A program made the translations under genes and the position numbers. A stretch of 64,000 nt of DNA from Antedon mediterranea (lineage: Eukaryota; Animalia; Echinodermata), in assembly GCF_964355755.1 (NCBI RefSeq), contig NC_092670.1, forward strand, positions 30,058,388 to 30,122,387, read 5' to 3'. Below are positions 35,591 through 49,301 of this stretch, piece after piece. Under the pieces are notes generated by a model. The model saw only the letters and a program-made list of their open reading frames with translations. It was not told where the DNA came from and made no database searches. How positions within the stretch are numbered: the stretch's first letter is position 1; the number at the start of each line of letters is the position of its first letter.

Positions 35591-36333
35591 TATTATTGTG
35601 GATATTTGTCTGTGTTTTCCCCCAGGGATATATTTGATTCATTGTCATTTACCATTATTTGTTACGTTAACTCAATATATGAACATGCGAGTTAGTATTA
35701 CCATTACAAGTTTAGTTCATAATTATTTTTAATCTAGAAAAAGCTGATTTCGAAATGTATTATTTTATGTAATTTGAAAGGAAATAGCGTTGCTAAACAA
35801 GTAAACCCATACAGCTACAATGTCACAAAATTGTTTTCTTTTATAAAAGAAATCCTTTTTTTACGGTAATGCCTAGAAATGATACAGTGCAGAACATCTG
35901 TAATTTATAGCATATCCCAACCAATACTACAATATTGCAAAATATGTAATATGTCAACTGTTAGCGTTGCTTATCAAAATGTTGTTGGCATATTTGCATG
36001 CACTGCTTCTTAAAAATATTAGTCAACATCGGTTGGTGTATTGACATTAATTAGCTTTTTTAAAAAAAAAAACAAAAAAACACTTTTATTGTTTTGTAGA
36101 AGCACCAACCAATAAGCTCTTTTATACATCTATATACTTTCTTTTTGTAACAATGAAGAATCAGTGTGTTAACCCTACTAAACAAACACCAGCATACTAT
36201 ATGCATTTAGAGGTAATGTTTAAAATAATCAACGACCTGGAACAAGTTTGTGAACAACATAATATTTATATATAACGAGCACAATAGAAAGTCAAGGCGG
36301 GTACCAGCCGCACTTAATTAATTACTCCTGAAA

Positions 36334-36536
36334 ATGTCTTACACATATTACTTGGTAATGTTAATATGTTATATATGGGTGGATCCATCTATTGGTGTTG
36401 AGGTAGCATGTAGAACTATAAATGATATCATTTTGAATGCAGTTTGTGAATGTACAGAAAGAACACAAACAGTTAATTGCACAAACCGTGGACTTGACGA
36501 ATGGCCAATTGGAATTCCAGTAAAAACGCTTTTTCT
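36334..36536 (+). CDS. LRR protein exon 1: signal peptide + LRRNT
   Basis: MSYTYYLVMLICYIWVDPSIG..VCECTERTQTVNCTNRGLDEWPIGIPVKTLFL; CT|GTAAGT donor, phase 2; TATA-like TTTATATATAA at ~36265. Confidence 0.9.
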
Positions 36537-39500
36537 GTAAGTTTGCATTATGTGTTTGTTAGGCTATTCTGATTCATTCTGAATGTGTGTATTTTCATTA
36601 TTTTATCATAAGCTTATTTTAATAATAATGATGATGCATACGATTATTGTGCGGAACAAGTAAACCATTGGGTTAGACATATTCTATTATTAAAAAGAAT
36701 GTGTAAATAATATAATGTATTGCATATTAGATTACTGGGCCTAACATTGTTTTGGGATTAAATTTAGCACATGTCAATGCCAAATGATTGTGTTTTTTTC
36801 TTACTAAGAAAGAAAGGATTGAGGAAATCTTTATTAAAAATAAAATGTTTAATGAAAACGAAAAAAAAAAAAACTGCTCGACTTAGGCCTATTGGGTTAA
36901 CATTGAATTTGAAAGATAAAGATGGAAACTGCGACGATCCTGCAAACAATGAACTATAATAATAAACAAATACTTGTTTGTGGATTTTATATTTTACCCT
37001 TCCCCTTCAAAACTAAACTATCTTTAGATGATGAATCATAGATTACTGTGGCAGAGTTTGGAAGATTCGGATGAAGATTTGGCCTGTAGGCGGTGTTTTA
37101 TCAAAATTAAACTGTGAAGCTGACTGTTATGTCTTTTGCTTTATTTGTAAACTGTGTGTCGTTCAAAAACTACAATAAAATACAAAAGAAATCATTAAAA
37201 TCAAACTCACTCAAGCGTAACGAAATAAATTCACTTCAATTTATAGTCAAATAATACTCAATTCTAAGTTCTAATTCAAATATATGTAGTATCTCCTAAA
37301 ACCACATGTCTGCATTTAGATTAACAATCTACTAACAAATACTCTTAAACACCATCATCTTATCACCAATATAATCTTTATAAACTTAGTATAATTACTA
37401 GAATCATCGAATGTATGATCCGTCTGCTATTTATACAGTAGTACCGACGGCACACACGCTGCCATACACGTGAGTGAAACCCGTACACTCAAATTTGATA
37501 ATTAGAGCATAACATTCCTCTAACATTTAACAAAGGTCAACTAAATGAGTAAGAACTATAACAAATTCAGAATTTACGCTCTGGCATCTTAAACAAACAA
37601 TCTTATACTTTGATCCTAACTCTTCTCTTCGACTCGCCTCCAACATAAAACCGAGGGCGCACTAACAATTTCGTTCAAAGAAACAGGCGGTAAATATATT
37701 GACACATAGTATTTTGTGGATTGTGACTCACCGGTCAATATCGGAGTGCGGTGAGAATTTGGGTCATACATCATTGTGTCCATATTTGGTGGTATGTGGA
37801 TACATTTTGTGGCTTATACGCTGTTCACAAATACAGCACCCACCCACACACAAACAGGGTTAAAATTCTAAATTCCTTGGCGGAGGTAATATACAAATTA
37901 TTTAAATGCTTGCTATTCGTAAAAGTAAACCTCTGTTTCACAGTAGTGATGATGAAGATAACATCTTAAAGTACCGTGTTTGTTTGGTAGGGTTTTCGAA
38001 GGAGACATTTAATCAAATGAATTTCCTAGATATGAAAAAAAAATACAACGAAGTGATTAAAATTAATAATTTTGTATTGATTGATGAGGTGGAACGCCCA
38101 CCGACAATGAACACAACTAACGCTTACATCTGGGAAGGTAATTGAAGCATTGAACCTGGACGTTTTCAGTGGTTTGTTACCATCTATATATACAGTTACG
38201 TAAGTGAAAAATTCGGTAAATCGCGTGTTACTTCTAGACTTTTTACTCGATGGAATATGAAGTTGGTTCATACTTTATGTACTGATTTTACCAAATGTAA
38301 CCCTGTTTACTAATTAAGTTGAGTTAGATAATTAGTTATTGATAATTAAAACGAGTTTAGCTTCAACGATTTGCTCCAAATATTCGTGTTTTCCGATCAA
38401 GGAGGTATAGACTGTTTGGATGTCCATGCTGAAAAATATCCGCACACAATACTACGAGGTATTTACCTATATATCCTTCTACAATAATTGTTTTTTATAG
38501 CGGAAATACTATTTTAATAGATTTAATATACGTTTATATAAGTGTATTGATTGGCGGTGAATGGAACATTCCAATCTCTCAGTCTCCAGTATAATTATTT
38601 TGTATAACACAAGTAGCTAAATGTATGGGCCCTTGGTGGACAAACTTAAAACCTTTAGGTTTAATAGCGGATATTGTATTACAATACTGTAGTTAGTTAT
38701 AAGTAGTGTATAAAAACATTTGACATTAAATACATAAACAAATTTTGGTCGCCGCCATTTGAGTGTGGGTACTGTAATAAACTTTATTACTAAAAGTTGC
38801 TTCTCAACGTTTATATTACTTAATTATTACAAAAAATATATAAACGTCATAGTGGTGTATTGTTACATGTACTTTACTATTTCAATCGACTATGTGACAG
38901 TTTCAATAAAGTATTAGGCCTAAATCGCAAATGTTTTACTGTGCTATATGATTTATAAAACATTTAAACAAATATTTCGTTACTGAGTGGATAAAGAATA
39001 ATATATTTAAAAAAAAATTATTCCTCTTTGCACCCATCCTCTTTCCCATCCCTCAACCCTAATTTTACATACAAAGCACAAATTGGGTTTGTTTGACTCA
39101 AAGTTTATTCAAACCGTTGGCCGCGGAATTGATAATTAACGATGTTTGAACTAAATAGTTTATTTAGTTCAAACATCGTGTAAAACTTGATTAAACAACA
39201 AACATTGACATCCGCGACTCAGTGGGCCGTTGCGGCATACGGAAGACGTTTAAACGGCTTTCAACATAGGCTTCGTGCGCCGAAGCATCTCCGGTTTTAA
39301 CGGGACACAGATAGTGCGCAGTTACAGACCTGTGTTGTAACTCAACAACTTGGCTACCATTCGGCTATCCGGGAGTTTCGCCTGATTTCAAACACATATA
39401 GGTCTATGGATGTAATGTTATTAGTGAATTTACAATTTTTTCGCAACTTATGAATATATTTCACTTGATCTTTATTAATTTGGGTCAACGTTGCCGGCTA

Positions 39501-39951
39501 GGCCTAGGTAGGGGAGCAAACACTCAGTTAAAACCAGGAAATCGCAAAGTGATTACACTAACCCGGAAATTACTTCTACCGCGGCCCCGGTTTAACATTT
39601 TTCGATGAAATAGCCTAATAAAGTTTGTTTTAAAACCCTTTATATATCTCCCTAAGGGAAGTGAACAATAATGTTATCAACTCTAATCGTGGTATATCTG
39701 ATATAAATATGGTAGGTGTCCAAGGCAGAGATCTTTACAAAAATGTGTCCAATGTGTTCACCCATGTCAGACTTAGGCATAATGAATTATTCGATGAAGG
39801 TTTGTTGTCGGTGAACATTATACCACTCATTTATTGGGTGACTACGTTAATTTGAGAGGGAACATATTGCCAACGAGATTATAACATGAACAATTCAAAA
39901 TGCCACTAAGTAAAGTTACCGTAATTAACTGTTTTTTATTTTATTTTATAG

Positions 39952-40023
39952 CTACATGAAAAATAACAACTTGGGAACAATTGATGACAATACGTTGATA
40001 GAGCTACCTGAGCTTAGAACAAT
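39952..40023 (+). CDS. LRR protein exon 2 (72 nt)
   Basis: TAG|..|GTAAGT; (L)YMKNNNLGTIDDNTLIELPELRT. Confidence 0.9.
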
Positions 40024-40803
40024 GTAAGTTTTTAAGCAACTCGCATTATATTTAAGCATTAAGTTATAGAAGGTCTATTTGTAGGAAATTGTTTGTAGGC
40101 TGAGGCACACATGTTTTAATTCCCCAGAAGTATTACGGTACCTGCATCATTATTTCGATCTGGTTATTGATCAATGATCAATTTTATATCACATTATAAT
40201 TTTAACAACTGTCATTAGATTGGATGAATTGTTGGTTTTATGGTACTATAAGGGCAATGTACTTTTCACGCTCGCGGATGTCTTAACGCATCGGAAGAAA
40301 ACGACGATCGATGGTGATCGATACGACCACGGCCTCATAAACAACTACAGTATGGCAGATTTCGGTTGCAATTTTGCTCTTTTGAGTGGCGATACAAATT
40401 ATAAATTGCATGATGATGCAGACTCAAACAATAAATAAGTAATCAGTAGGCTAGATGCATTTGCAACAGCTTCGGGTACAACTTTGGCAACCATAAATAG
40501 TAATATCTTCTTTAAATATTTTAAACAAAATCAATCATAATCGACTGTGCTGTCTCTTTCATTAAATCTGAATAAAATTAAAGAATCGACTTGTGTTATA
40601 TAACGTAATGTGATGTTATATAGCGCAAATATAATAAATGTGTTTATATTCGGAATGGTACAAATAATTTCACTCGTTGAAGAATGAAATTCAATATTTT
40701 AATAGAAGTATAAATTTCTTTTATCTTTTATCACCTCACAACATTATTTTCAATTATAACACTCATTATTTGTATTTTATGTTATGATGCACTGCATTGA
40801 CAG

Positions 40804-40863
40804 AGACATTAGTAACAATTCACTTAGAAGACTACCAATGTTTCCGAAATCAATTTTTACTGT
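40804..40863 (+). CDS. LRR protein exon 3 (60 nt)
   Basis: CAG|..|GTAAGT; (I)DISNNSLRRLPMFPKSIFT. Confidence 0.9.
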
Positions 40864-41002
40864 GTAAGTATACTTTTTTTCAAGTCAGCGTATAAGTACT
40901 GTGTTATTTTATCAACCTTAATTTCTATAGCATCGTAGTTTTTGTCATATTGATACAGTGACTTGAGTCATTTACATTTAACATTTATAACCTATATTTC
41001 AG

Positions 41003-41071
41003 ATATGCACTTCACAATTTCCTGACAGACATATCGACAACATTAAATGATCTTCCAAAACTTAATAACGT
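41003..41071 (+). CDS. LRR protein exon 4 (69 nt)
   Basis: TTTCAG|..|GTAAGT; (V)YALHNFLTDISTTLNDLPKLNN. Confidence 0.9.
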
Positions 41072-41376
41072 GTAAGTTACAATTGCAAATTAATAATGGT
41101 TCGTTGATGGTTTGTAAGTAGTATTATAATTATACAAAAATAATATTAATTTATAACTATTCAATACCATTTTTTTTCTTTTAATAGTTCATACTCTGCA
41201 GTTGTATTTTTGCAAAGACCCATATTTACATAGTAATTTGTATTATTATTATGTTTTAGCAGTAAATTATGAAGAAATTAAGTTTAAGAATATTATTTAC
41301 AATTTTATGAAACATTAAAATGTATATCATATTTTTTGTCTAATTATAATATATATCATTTGTGTTTGTAAAATAG

Positions 41377-41448
41377 AGAACTTCAATACAACAACATCTC
41401 AGTGTTGAAGAATAGTATGTTTAAGGGTTCACCATACGTACGTAGATT
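41377..41448 (+). CDS. LRR protein exon 5 (72 nt)
   Basis: TAG|..|GTAAGT; (V)ELQYNNISVLKNSMFKGSPYVRR. Confidence 0.9.
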
Positions 41449-42261
41449 GTAAGTATAATGGTATAACAGTTTGTCTTATTTCCCAAGTCATCTGCACGCT
41501 GCTCATGACTGAAAATAGTTAGATAAAGAAAAACTAAATCAAAAAAACAGCGTAAAATAAACCGCTTCAATTTAAACGATAAACTTTTATAAACAATGAT
41601 CATTTTAAGTTTGTTTAACCATGTTTCCTGTTATTGAACCATCTCATGCCTTATATTATACTAGATGGTTCGCGAATACATAGTAATTTCAGCGTTAAAA
41701 AACTGGCGACTTCAAATGTATACTTGCAGGACAATTATAATACAGGTCGTTTACAGGAACGAATAAATAGACACGGTGATTTATGTACTCAACTAAAATT
41801 AGCACCCCGGGAATTACTTCCGAAAGAGAAACTTGTCGCAAAATAAGACCAATTGTTTTGAAACCAACTGAATTTGTGTTCTGTATGTAACATTAGGGTT
41901 GAGGGATGGGGAAGAGGATGGGTGCAAAGACGAACAATTCTTAAATATTATATTCTTTATCCATGTAGTAACGAAATATTAATTGTTTTCATGTTTTACA
42001 AATAATAATACCACTAAACACAGTCAAACATTGCGATTTAATACTTTGTTGAGACTGTCACCGTCATAGTCGATTGAAATAGTTACATTATTAATTAATA
42101 CAAACGATAACTAATTATCTAACTCAATTTAATTAGTAAACAGGGTTACATCAAGTGGTTAAAATCAGTACCGAAAATACGAACCAACTTTATATACCAT
42201 CGAGTAAAAATTCTAGAAATAACGCGCGATTCACCGAATTTTGCCCTTACGTAAATTTATA

Positions 42262-44641
42262 TACAAGATACAATACAAGATACAAGATACAAGATAACTT
42301 TATTGTCAAAATTGTTTACAATTTCGAGATATGTTTTGTACCTGAGTAGAATAAATAATACGATGTGATAACAATATAAAAAACAAATGATACAAGTGAC
42401 TATCTTGAAAAGTTTTTGTTAAATAAATTGCATGCTATGTACATTGGTGAAAATCTGAAACGGTTTGTGGATATTTTTTCCTGTGTCAGTCTAACCCTTC
42501 CTGATCTACTTATAATGATGTCTGAATGTAATGGGTGTGATTGGTCTTGCATAATTGTGTCAAATTTCTTAAGTATGAATATATTAAACATTTCATCTAA
42601 AGATTTCACTTCTACACCGATAACTCTGCTGGCCTTGTTTACTAATCTCTGAATTTGACTTTTACTGTTTACATTGATATGAGAAAACCAAACAATAATA
42701 CAATAAGAAATGATTGATTGAACAACAGAGGAATAAAATATATGAATGAGATGAGAACTAACATTAAACCGTTTCATTTTATATATAAAATACATTCTCT
42801 TATTAGCCTTGGTACGGAGTTTTTTAGTGTTGCTCTCCCAATTTAGTTTATTATCAATTATTAATCCCAAGTACTTATGACTTTCTACTATTTCAACAAT
42901 TTCATTATCGATTTCAATATTTACATGATTAGTTTTATTTTTCCTTCTAAAATCGACAATAACCTCTTTAGTTTTTTTGGCATTAAGTTCAAGAAAATTT
43001 TGTTTACACCAGACTACAAAATGTTCAAAATATTCATTAAACAGGGATGTATCATTATTTGAAATTAAACCAACTAGGCAAGTATCATCTGCAAACTTAA
43101 CATTGAATGATTTACTTGGGTCAATATCACTATAAAAATCAGAATATAATGAAAAAAGTAAGGGTGAGAGAACGCATCCCTGTGGTGCACCTGTATTACA
43201 AGTTAACTGCTTAGATACGCTACCCCTAAATTTAACAATCTGTGTTCTTTCATTTAAGAAATCAGAAATCCAGAGATTTAATCGTGGATTTATTCCTAAC
43301 TTTAATAGTTTATCTGTAAGTAAATGAGGCTGAATTGTATTGAACGCTGCAGAAAAATCTAAAAATAATATTCTAGCATAGTTATTTGGATATTCAAGAT
43401 GACCATACACCTTTTGCGTGAGCGTCATAACTGCGTCGACTACGCCCCTTTTTTCTCTATAAGCAAATTGGTTGCTATCAATGATACCCTTTGTCTCATT
43501 ATTTAATATATTTTTTATAATTTTCTCAAAGCATTTCATGGGGATGGCTGTTAATGCCACTGGCCTATAGTCATTTCAAACAGTACATTTATCATTTTTT
43601 GGAATTGGTGTAATAATAGCAGACTTCCAAAGTTTTGGTACATGACATACATCAACCAACCACTGAAATAGGTAATGAAAAATATACTTTAATTGAAAAT
43701 AACAGGTATTTAGAACTTTCCCTGAGATTTGATCTGGCCCTGTGGCTTTCTTTGACTTGACTTTTTTTTAGGGTTTGTTCCACAACAGTTATATTAATTA
43801 GGATATTGTTATTTCCTTCTTCTCTGATTGAGCCAATAATATTTTCATTTTGTTTTTCCCGTAAATCCGAAAAGTCACTTTTTTCAAACCTGACATAAAA
43901 AGTATTTAGGTTATCCGCTGTGATGTCAGTATCCTTACTCTTATTTACTGCAACTTTGTAATTACCCGTAACTTTATTCATACTTGTCCAAACGTTCTTG
44001 ATATCATCTGACTTAAATGTGTCCTCAATGTGTTTGGCATAGTTCTGCTTATCTCTTTTAATTACTCGTCTCACTTCTCTTTGTCTAATTTTACTGGCTT
44101 CGAAATCTCCTTGTTTAAACATTTCATATTTTTCTTTCATTAGTAATCTTAATTCCTTTGAAACTCATGGTTTATTATTTGCATAGATTTTTACGAATTT
44201 GATTGGTACAATGGAGTCCTCACAAAACTTAATATATGCTGAGCATCTTTCTACCGTGTCGTCAAGTGAATCGCTCTTAAACGTATCCCAATCTGTTCTA
44301 TCAAAACAATCCTTTAGATCATTTATAGCAACTTCTGACCATATCTTGACCGGTTTTTTAATGATGTTAAATTTTCTTAATTTCTGCTTATACTTTGGCA
44401 ATAATTGAATAAGATTGTGATCCGATTTCCCAATTCCATTTTTTGCTTTTGCCAGGTACGCATTCGGTATATTTCCATAACATTCATCCAATATGCTGTC
44501 TTTCCTCGTCGGTACCTTCACGTATTGATGCCAATGAGGTAGTGCTCTTTTAAGCATGCAATGATTGAAGTCGCCTAACACCAGCTTTAACGCATCTGGT
44601 GACTCGCTCACCACTTGTTTATGAATTCGACATTCAAACAT
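42262..44641 (-). mobile_element. Rex1/Babar-clade LINE, 5'-truncated and frameshifted
   Basis: APE C-terminus GDFNH..SDHN; RT YRPVALTAIPMKCFEK, QFAYR, LFLDFSAAFNTI, GAPQGCVLSPLLF, KFADDT; 3' AATAAAG then (TATCTTG)n; possible TSD ATACAA. Confidence 0.9.
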
Positions 44642-45119
44642 ACAACTTTGGTAACGCAGCTTTAAACTTCCCTTATCAAGATAATATCTTTTCTGGGTAT
44701 TGCTTGTTTCAATAGGCCAAGCTTAAATTTATTTCGTGGCACATTTTCTTCTCTCTTTAATTATTACAACATCGTCAACACAAAATGTCTTTGAGTAATA
44801 ATAAACGTATTTAGGCATTCATTTCTCTAAATATTGTACACTGGGCCATCTCTTTCGACAGTACAGATTAGTAAGAATTCTCCGAATGGTGGTAGAAGAA
44901 ACCTTGACTTCATAGTCAAAATGTAGTTTGGGGAATTTGTGGTTTAGAAGCAGCAGGAATTTTATTCAAATTTGTAACGGTAGACGGTCGAGTTCACAAT
45001 GTTCTCCACAACTTTTAAGTAATGGTGCTAATGCATCTCTTAAAGTTCGTGTATGGCATTCCGACGAACCTCACATATGTTTAAATTTTCGGATAGAAAG
45101 ATCAATAAGTGCGACTTGT

Positions 45120-45238
45120 TTTTAGTCGCGTGACGCGTGCAACGCGGCTCTACAGCTCACTCTGTCGGTCGGTTGGTCGGTCGGTAAACACTAATTAAAA
45201 TTTGAGCACGCGACTGCAGCCATGTATATGGCCTTGTT
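45120..45238 (-). mobile_element. Minimal (~120 bp) HINE related to the 16001 family
   Basis: Minus strand AACAAGGCC..AGTCGCGTGC..(GACC)n..CACGCGACTAAAAA. Confidence 0.7.
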
Positions 45239-45534
45239 AGAATTATGATAAGATGAATATTTGGAATAGGCATTGATGAATGAATCATGAAATGGACTAC
45301 CTTCAACTCTAAACATACTCGATTTATCTACACATGGATGTAGATTATACAAACGTGTGTTTGTGAGTGCAGATATTTTTCTTTAATACAATTGCTCTTT
45401 TGCATCTAATATATACTGCATTACATTGTGCTCGTAAACAACGATACGAGCCTTAATGATATACATTAGGTGTGCAAACGTCTTCAATGAAAAGGTAAAT
45501 TATCATGATCGTAACTAACCATCTTACAGTCTAA

Positions 45535-45719
45535 AGCGTGGTTCACACTAAGACGTATTGACCTAAAGTGCTGCATTGCGTAATCACAAGTGGGAACCGA
45601 CGACGCAACAGTGCTGCAAACATCGCAAGTTTGATTTCACGCAGGCGGGGGCAAATACAATTGTCGGAATGGCGTTCTCTTACGTTGCGTTACGTTGCGT
45701 CGCTAATGGGAACCAAGCT
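45535..45719. mobile_element. Harbinger MITE related to the adjacent large Harbinger
   Basis: Ends AGCGTGGTTCACACTA / TAATGGGAACCAAGCT; TAA/TTA flanks; shares subterminal sequence with 45870-46030 and 52815-52917. Confidence 0.8.
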
Positions 45720-47453
45720 TTATCGAGGTACGTATCTGCCGACTTCACGAATTGCATAGCTGTTACACACGGTACTCCAATATGGCACCCTGACCTTGAT
45801 TCAAAGCTAGTACACATCTACAGTGTTCATATTGAATATTAAATACAAATTTTAAAGAAGTCAGACTTAAGCGTGGTTCCCACTAGCGACGCAACGTAAC
45901 GCAACGCAATGACGTATAGACGCAACGTGCCGTATTGCGTAATCACCGAACGAACGACGTAACGTTGTGCAGTTGACGCAACAGTGCTGCAAACATTACG
46001 GGAAATCAAATCAGTTTGATTTTACGCAATAACGTAAGGCAAACGCAAGAGAAACATAGTACAGCGCATGCTCAAACCATGAAATCAAAAAAGTTTTCAC
46101 CTGCTGTTTCGCGGTCATCGCGGTGTATCCCAAGCTAGCAGAGAATAGAGATAGTGTAGTACAGGGGAATTTTACACATTATCACTGGGTGGGGAGTAGT
46201 ATGTGTGATAGCAAAATGGTTTCGAAATGCGAGGCGGAGTTTATGATGGATGTGGTAAGACAATTTCCATGTCTGTACGACAAATCGTCGGTTGACTTTA
46301 AAAAACGTGACACAAAAGTGGAGGCATGGAAAAGGGTGAAAGAAATAAATGTGTTGTTGATAATCCCGAGAATTTGTATAAAACTATCAGAGATCGGTTT
46401 ACAAGGTAGGCTTAGGCCTACGCCTGGCCAATCATCATGCATACAATTCATACAATACAAGGCCTTGGTAGGGATACCCGGTGGTAGGGGGTCCGGGTGG
46501 TAGGACCTACCTCCCAGGCCTCTATAGACCTAGCCTATGCCTATAAGCCTAATTAAAATATATCCCTAGGCCTAAATAATAATATTACTAGGCCTATGCC
46601 GGCCTAGCCTACCCTAGTTAGCCTCTAACTAAAGTAGAAGAAGGCCTGGCCTAAGAATATTTTGTTGTAGTCTAGGCTAGGCTAGGCCTAGTATTTAGTA
46701 ATCATAATTATTAATTAAATAAATTCCAAATAAATATGAATAAAAGTAAAAATAAATGTAGGGCCTACTAGCCTACTAGGCCTAAGCCTAGGCCTGCTAG
46801 CTAGGCTAGCCTATCTAGGCTAATAATATAAGGGCCCTCAAGGCCTGCCTAGACCTCTGAATTATAACAATCCCATAATTTGATTTAATCAACATTTTTA
46901 TTATTATTATAGTTTATATTATTAATAATTATTACCTAGGCTAGGCCTAGTAAATATTAGTAAATATTCGTTACCAAAAATAAATGAATAAGTACTACAA
47001 TATTATAATATATTCGACTTCTTGTTTTATTATTAGATATACATAATATTTTGCAAGTAAATATTTAAATAAAAATAATAAATAATAATGTAATTTGATT
47101 TCTTCTTGTTTTATTAGATATATTGCAAGTAAAGATTTAAATTTAAAATAATAAATAAATAGGTATCTAATTTCTATCTATTGCACAGGTACTTGAGGAA
47201 TATTAATGTTCCTTCCGGAAGTGGATGCATTCATATTTTGCCTGGATATGAGAACTTGAGGTGGCTGAAGGAATTCATAAAGCACAGAAGAACAATAGCT
47301 AATGATGGTGAGCTTACATTTTGTGTCCACAATATGATACTATATCTTTTTGCCATGAAACAGAACCATCATCTGAATTAACATATTGTCTGAGGTTATC
47401 TCTAATAATGTTTGCATCAAATGTGTATGTATTATGTGCCCGACATGGTTGTA

Positions 47454-49301
47454 CAGGCCCGTAGCCAGAATGCATCAGAGGGGGGTTTTCTTGACACCAA
47501 GTATTTTGCGAGCGCAGCGAGCAACTGTAGGCTGGGGGCCAGAGGGCCGCCAAGGGCCCCCGGTCGGGGTCCAGGGGGCGAAGCCCCCTGGAAGCTTTGG
47601 CTCTCAGAGCAATTTCGGTTGTTTTAATAAGCTTACAGAGACATTTTTTACCTACTAAAATCTGGGTTATGCAGAGAAATTATATAGTATAGTATGGAAG
47701 TTAGTAGTACTGATCATGAATAACAGCTTTATTGTTGCAAAAAAGTATATTATATTAGGCCCTTAAGTAATTTCTTATCCTATAAACATAAAAAACAAAT
47801 AGTACCGTATATTTCGGTGTACAAGTCGCACCTGTGTATAAGACGCACCCATAACGGAGACTGAAATATTAGTATTTTTTATGTAGTCGATGCATAAGAC
47901 GCACTTATTTCTAGGCCGAAATTTAAACATTTTACAATCAAAACAATGGTATTTTAATAATAAAACAACGATATTTGAGACATATTAGAATCAAATGATA
48001 TAATTTTGTTTGATTGCCTTTATTACATCGTAATCAGTCTCTACTTCAACTGAACGTTCAATGAAAAGGGAAATCCCCATATTGTTTCAGTTACGATGCA
48101 CTGTGTGGGTAGGGCTAGCCTATGTCTATTTAAGTAACTTTAATTTCATATTATTTAAATATATACCTTCTTATTGTGTGTATGACCATTATAAAATCAA
48201 TCCAAATGATGTTCAGTTTTTTGGGCTGATAATGAACCAGGAATATCATGTTGGGTAGGCCTATATGAAAATCATGTGCTCCTTGCCTGGTGGCCATATA
48301 CACTATAAGATTAGGGGAAGCTACGTAACACAATAACAACACACTCTTTTAGATATCGCTTGACATACGAACTATTGACTACATGATTATAAAATTATGT
48401 GATTGTTGACATAGAGATGTAATAAAAATAAACCACCGTGATCAAGGGAAATAGTTATTGTGTAAATAAAATGTGACACCACCGTAATTAATAGACTCTT
48501 CCATAAATGTGTTGCGCGCTGTGATGATGCTGCATGCTGCTAGAATACACACCCGCGAGTTCAGAGAGTATTACTAGGCCTGGGTAGAATATCTAATGCG
48601 TACTGTAATATTAATTAATACAGTCGAGGATGACAATTTACCTTAACTAAAAATTCAATAAACTTGTTACCACACTGTGGTTAGACAGGAGTGAGTAACT
48701 AGCTAGGCCTACATTGCAGAGTAGTAGGCCTACACTATTTTTAATTAATTTAAGTATTAGTAGGTAATTAAATTAATCAGGGTTACATTTAGAGGTCAAA
48801 TTTGCGTGTCAAAAGTGCGTCTTATACACCGAAATATACGGTAGGCCTACGTACACGTACCAATTTAACTCAGCACCATTTTTATTCAAGTTTAAACAGT
48901 GAAATTCTTTGGTTTAATGAAAAATATTTCCAGGAAAAAAATAAAAATCCCCAAAAAGATTGAACTGAACTGAACGTGATCTTGTGCGTTCCGAAAAGCC
49001 CGGCCGAAGCACGCGATTGGTCATTCCATTTTTCTGTCATATTTATAACCATCATCTCTCAACAATCTCTCGATCTCACGCTCAGCAGTGACTTTGACAT
49101 CGGACAATCTGTATATTCGATCGATTTAAACATAGTCAATAGAAGTAAAATGACCAAAAAATCTGCTATAATTGATAATTAATTGCACGATTTTGGAAGT
49201 GGGGCCTTTGTTTTTCAAGGGGGGTTCGCTGGTAAAAGGGGGGTTCGCCCAAAAGGGGGGGTTCGCCCGAACCCCAAAAAACCCCCCTGGCTACGGGCCT
49301 G
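47454..49301. mobile_element. hAT-like MITE with 5-bp TSD inserted in the transposase
   Basis: 15-bp TIR CAGGCCCGTAGCCAG; TSD TTGTA at 47449-47453 and 49302-49306. Confidence 0.85.
47805..48841. mobile_element. Tc2/pogo-like MITE nested in the hAT-like MITE
   Basis: TIR CCGTATATTTCGGTGTA(C/T)AAG(T/A)CGCAC; TA TSD. Confidence 0.85.

Noticed and set aside
47386-47658. GC-rich ORFs at 47386-47658 and 49166-49411
   Set aside because: They span the G/C-rich termini of the hAT-like MITE; not protein-like
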